From positions 22,781 through 86,780 of the forward strand of contig CAVRJL010000016.1 of the NCBI GenBank assembly GCA_963721525.1: a stretch of DNA of 64,000 bases, written 5' to 3'. Each line of letters begins with the position of its first letter. The first letter of the stretch is position 1. The notes under the pieces are model-generated. The model saw only the letters and a program-made list of their open reading frames with translations, did not search any database and had not been told where the DNA came from. The DNA is from an uncultured Negativicutes bacterium. Lineage in GTDB: Bacteria > Bacillota > Negativicutes > JBAXTZ01. Position numbers and translations under genes: made by a program. Below, piece by piece: positions 60,246-64,000 of the stretch.

Positions 60246-61102
60246 TTATAGAAAATGTTAATTTCACTTATATGAAAAAAACTCCTTTTGAAAAACGAGT
60301 TTTGGCAGATATAAATATTACTATTGAAAAAGGAGAAATTATAGGACTTATTGGACATACAGGTTCTGGAAAATCAACTCTTATTCAACATTTCAATGGT
60401 TTATTAAAACCAGATAGCGGAAATGTTTTCATAAATGGAATTAATATAAATAAACGCTCTAAAGAAGCTCTAATACAAAAACGTAAAGTCGGATTAGTAT
60501 TTCAGTACCCTGAATATCAATTATTTGAAGAAACAATAGGAGATGATATAAGGTTTGGACCAAAAAACTATGGATTAGATACGAAGGAAATAGAAAAAAG
60601 AGTGAGGTTTTCCATGGAGGTTGTAGGATTAAGCTACCATGAATATGTAAATCGTTCACCTTTTTTCTTATCGGGTGGTCAAAGGAGAAGAGTAGCATTG
60701 GCAGGAATACTGGTATTAGAGCCAGAATATTTGATTTTAGATGAACCATCTTCAGGGTTGGACCCGAATGGAAAGCGTTATATACTTGATAAAATTTCAG
60801 AAATACAAAAAAAAAGAGGTTGTACAGTAGTAATGATTTCTCATGACATGGAGGAAATAGCAAAATATACGAACAGAATAATAGTAATGAATAATAAGCG
60901 AATAATTCTTGATAATAAGAAAGAGTTTATTTTTAAAAAAATTGTAAAGTTACAAAAAATTGGGTTAGATATACCAGATATAATAAAAATAATGAGAACA
61001 GCAAAGCAAAGAGGATTAAACGTGAAAGAAAATATCTTTGATCGTCAAGAAGGTGCTGAACAATTGGCTAAAGCGTATAGAGAGAAAATAAATGTTGAAT
61101 GA
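60236..61102 (+). CDS. ecfA2: ECF transporter ATPase component EcfA2
   Basis: GHTGSGKST, LSGGQRRR and LILDEPS. It overlaps the end of ecfA1. Confidence 0.9.
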   Translation: MSIVIENVNFTYMKKTPFEKRVLADINITIEKGEIIGLIGHTGSGKSTLIQHFNGLLKPDSGNVFINGININKRSKEALIQKRKVGLVFQYPEYQLFEETIGDDIRFGPKNYGLDTKEIEKRVRFSMEVVGLSYHEYVNRSPFFLSGGQRRRVALAGILVLEPEYLILDEPSSGLDPNGKRYILDKISEIQKKRGCTVVMISHDMEEIAKYTNRIIVMNNKRIILDNKKEFIFKKIVKLQKIGLDIPDIIKIMRTAKQRGLNVKENIFDRQEGAEQLAKAYREKINVE

Positions 61103-61910
61103 CATTACAATAGGACAGTTTTTTCCTGGAAATAGTTTTATTCATAAACTGGATCCTAGAACAAAAATTGCTTTATGTGTAGCATATATAATTATTCTTT
61201 TTTTTCTTGTTAGTTCAATAGTATACACTTTTAATTTTATAGTAGTTTTTGCAATACTTTTAATAGCTAAAATTCCATTAAAAATGATAATAAAATCAAT
61301 AAAACCTCTTTATTTTATAATAGTGATAACATTTGTGTTTCAGATTTTTTCAACTAATGGCAAAAATATTATTAAGTGGCATTTTTTAACAATAACTAAA
61401 GAAGGAGTATTTAGTGGAATAACGCTATCCTCGAGATTAATTTTATTAATACTAATGTCTTCTTTATTAACTTATACTACTTCTCCGCTTGATTTTACTG
61501 ATGCTATTGAAAAATTATTAAATCCATTAAAAAAAATAAAAGTTCCAGCACACGAAATAGCTATGATTATGACAATAGCACTAAGATTTATTCCTACTTT
61601 GATAGAAGAGCTTGACCGCATAATAAAAGCACAACAATCTCGTGGCGCAAATTTTACTCAAGGTAGTTTAATAAGACGTATGCAACATATTATTCCTATA
61701 TTAGTTCCGCTTTTTATCAGTGCTTTTAGACGCGCAGATGAATTAGCAATAGCTATGGAAGCTCGTTGTTACCGCGGCGGACATGGCCGCACTAAGATGA
61801 AAAAATTGTTTTTTACTTGGAGAGATGGAATAGCTGTACTATATTTCATTTTTATAATTATTGTAATAACTTCTATTTATCATTATTCTTATACTAAAAA
61901 CTTATTCTAA
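61092..61910 (+). CDS. ecfT: ECF transporter transmembrane component EcfT
   Basis: Multi-TM protein with IKAQQSRGA and AMEARCY motifs typical of EcfT/CbiQ. Confidence 0.9.
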   Translation: MLNDITIGQFFPGNSFIHKLDPRTKIALCVAYIIILFFLVSSIVYTFNFIVVFAILLIAKIPLKMIIKSIKPLYFIIVITFVFQIFSTNGKNIIKWHFLTITKEGVFSGITLSSRLILLILMSSLLTYTTSPLDFTDAIEKLLNPLKKIKVPAHEIAMIMTIALRFIPTLIEELDRIIKAQQSRGANFTQGSLIRRMQHIIPILVPLFISAFRRADELAIAMEARCYRGGHGRTKMKKLFFTWRDGIAVLYFIFIIIVITSIYHYSYTKNLF

Positions 61911-62101
61911 AAATTTTAAAGCATATGAGTACTTTTTAATATTTAATAATTAATCAGTTAGAAATAATAAAAAGATATAAAAAAACGTGTCTGTGTTAGA
62001 ATAATTATAAAAGAAATGAAAAAGTTATATATGCTTGTAGTCGGACTAAAGTAATTTTACAGCTTCGTCACAAAAGCTTTATTTAATAAATATAAAAAAA
62101 T

Positions 62102-63328
62102 TCATATATAAAATTTTTTAAGTGTACTGTATATTGGTAATCCATTTTCCCATTTCAACATTGGGGTTCCGCTAATTAAAGGACGAGCGTATTTTATAAA
62201 GTCTTCGGTAACATATGTGCCCTCACTATTTATCATATATTTTGGGACTCTGTTCTCCAAGTTTGCTACGGTGCTTAAATCTACTGTAGTGAAATTTGCT
62301 GTGTACGGATCATTGCTTTCTCTTTTTATTGCTATCATTTTCCCATTTTTACCTTGCATAACGGCGTTAACAGCTCTTTTCCCGCAAATCCATGCTTGAA
62401 TTATATCAGTGTCACTTGCAATATGAGAAGCTGCTCTTTGAGCTGAAGCAGTTATTATAACTCTAGATTTCAAATTTAGTTCTTTATCAATAATATCTTT
62501 AAGTATATTTGCACAACCGCCAAGTCGAGAATGACCGAATTCGTCAGTTTTATTGCTTTTTGCCAATAATTTGCCGTCGTTAGTATGTATTCCTTCAGAA
62601 ACTACTATTAATACTCTACCAATTTTTTTGATTGTTTTATTCACATCTTTTATAAAATTTTGTATATTAAAATCTATTTCTGGCAAATATATAAGGTGAG
62701 GACCTTGATTTATATAATTATTTCTGTTGGCTAAAGAGCTTGCAGCAGCAAGCCATCCTGAGTTTCTTCCCATTGATTCTATTATTACTACGGGAGTTGT
62801 TGGTAAGTCTCTTTGATCTATATCAACTTCTGCAACTAATGTTGCAAGATATTTAGCAGCTGAAGGATATCCTGGACAATAATCAGTATGAGCAAGATCA
62901 TTGTCAATTGTTTTTGGAATTCCAATACAATACAGATCATAGCTCATTTCAGCAGCAATTTTATTTACTTTATTTGCAGTATCCATGGAGTCATTGCCGC
63001 CTATATAAAAGAAATAACGAATATTAAATTTTTTTAATGAATTTATCACTGTTTGAAAATCTTCGTTTAACTTAAGTTTATATCTAATGGAGCCGAGAGC
63101 GGCTCCGGGAGTATATTTGAGATTTTCGATTGATTCTTTATCTTCTTTTTTTAAGTCTATTATTTCTCCATTTATTAATCCCCGTATTCCACCTACAGCT
63201 CCGTATATATTTTCAAATAAAATTTTTTCTTTCTGTGTTTCCTGGATTATTCCACAAAGTGAAGAATTTATTACTGCTGTTGGTCCACCGCTTTGCGCTA
63301 TTAGCACATTCCCTTTTAATTTTTTCAT
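62102..63328 (-). CDS. pfp: Pyrophosphate-dependent 6-phosphofructokinase
   Basis: PFK fold (QSGGPTAVINSS). GGNDS (Asp at the E. coli Gly104 position) and PKTIDNDL (Lys at the Gly124 position) are the PPi-specificity markers. Confidence 0.85.
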   Translation of the reverse strand: MKKLKGNVLIAQSGGPTAVINSSLCGIIQETQKEKILFENIYGAVGGIRGLINGEIIDLKKEDKESIENLKYTPGAALGSIRYKLKLNEDFQTVINSLKKFNIRYFFYIGGNDSMDTANKVNKIAAEMSYDLYCIGIPKTIDNDLAHTDYCPGYPSAAKYLATLVAEVDIDQRDLPTTPVVIIESMGRNSGWLAAASSLANRNNYINQGPHLIYLPEIDFNIQNFIKDVNKTIKKIGRVLIVVSEGIHTNDGKLLAKSNKTDEFGHSRLGGCANILKDIIDKELNLKSRVIITASAQRAASHIASDTDIIQAWICGKRAVNAVMQGKNGKMIAIKRESNDPYTANFTTVDLSTVANLENRVPKYMINSEGTYVTEDFIKYARPLISGTPMLKWENGLPIYSTLKKFYI

Positions 63329-63737
63329 TTTTTCTCCTGGTTTAAATTTTTTAATTTGTTTATATAAATATACCTTAATGACGATAATCTCTTGAAAATT
63401 CTGTAGCGAATTCAGTATAGGAGTTATCTAATATATTTTTTTAGTTTTTTACGAAACCTATTAGGCTTTGTTTTCTTAGATATCAGGGTACGTTCTTGTA
63501 TTATTCCACATAATGCTTGATTTTTTTAGTATGTGCTTTAAGCAGCCTTGTGCCCAAAGAGTTATGTGTTCTACTGATTCTTTATCATAATGATAAACGC
63601 GAGAATATATTCTATTAATATCGGTAAGGTTAATTCTAATGTATGAAAATTTATTATAAGTATGTTAATTAATTAAAACTTATATGATGGATAAATAAAT
63701 ATATCTAGCGTTCTCTGTATTTCTTTTATTTCGTTTT

Positions 63738-63778
63738 CATATGTTATTGGTTAGATACATTCTAACCAATAACATATG
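63738..63778 (+). terminator. 18-bp perfect-stem hairpin followed by a T-rich tract
   Basis: CATATGTTATTGGTTAGA (63738-63755), loop TACAT, then TCTAACCAATAACATATG (63761-63778), followed by GTCTATTTTT. Confidence 0.5.
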
Positions 63779-64000
63779 GTCTATTTTTATGATTTTTTCA
63801 AATTTTGTTAATAATTGAGTTGTCAAAGTGTCCCCCGACTGTCATCGCAGTAAGAATAGATTGTCTGATATATTTTTGAATTCTCTAAAATTTGTTGCTT
63901 TAAGTATTTATCAATAAAAAGATAGTTCTTAATGGTCTAGGTATGATATTGTTATTGCTAATTCTTTAACATTGTGTATTGTGTATAAAAAGTTTATTAT

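Noticed and set aside
1-64000. A defence, toxin-antitoxin, secretion or other novel multi-gene accessory system somewhere in the window.
   Set aside because: Every intact ORF over 100 aa except 4212-4655 can be assigned to a housekeeping family by clear motifs. The only accessory-like DNA (9.97-12.95 kb) is decayed and contains no intact genes.

Overview
This is a strongly AT-rich chromosomal segment made up almost entirely of housekeeping genes. Gene order is Firmicutes-like: the S10-spc-alpha ribosomal cluster is followed directly by ecfA1-ecfA2-ecfT. It also carries diderm (Negativicutes-like) hallmarks: an SLH-anchored OmpM-type porin, a Skp/OmpH lipoprotein and an amidase with an AMIN-like N-terminus. 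Recognisable blocks, left to right:
- MscS fragment, ychF, an Sfp-type PPTase and an amino-acid permease
- mnmG and mnmE
- an EamA-type transporter
- a ~3 kb gene desert holding a promoter/terminator-bounded small RNA and a phage terminase relic
- ppdK (minus strand), skp, a second permease, then pth, a hydrolase and nadC (minus strand)
- two tRNA-Ser genes, the porin, secG and hppA
- amidase, tsaE-tsaB-rimI-tsaD and guaA
- a yebC relic followed by ruvCAB
- a POT transporter, broken tcdA and trxB
- rplS, then uppS-cdsA-dxr-rseP-ispG
- ~15 kb of ribosomal, secY, adk, map, infA and rpoA genes, the ECF module, and a PPi-dependent phosphofructokinase

I found no CRISPR array, no intact mobile element and no defence, toxin or biosynthetic island. 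The unusual signal is genome decay and local rearrangement:
1. Twelve frame-breaking lesions fall within four consecutive essential ribosomal genes (rplX, rplE, rpsN, rpsH). There are single lesions in rplB and rpsK, and an in-frame rplP-rpmC fusion.
2. The tcdA gene has its conserved core motif encoded on the opposite strand, between 11-bp inverted repeats. Flipping that segment restores one ORF.
3. An unclassified ~200-nt structured RNA has a consensus promoter and a strong terminator.
4. Relics of lpxD, rsmG, yebC, a phosphodiester glycosidase and a GpA-type phage terminase are present.
5. Several perfect short tandem duplications and unusually long perfect palindromes occur in intergenic DNA.

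All protein and RNA identifications rest on motif recognition by eye and should be confirmed by database searches.
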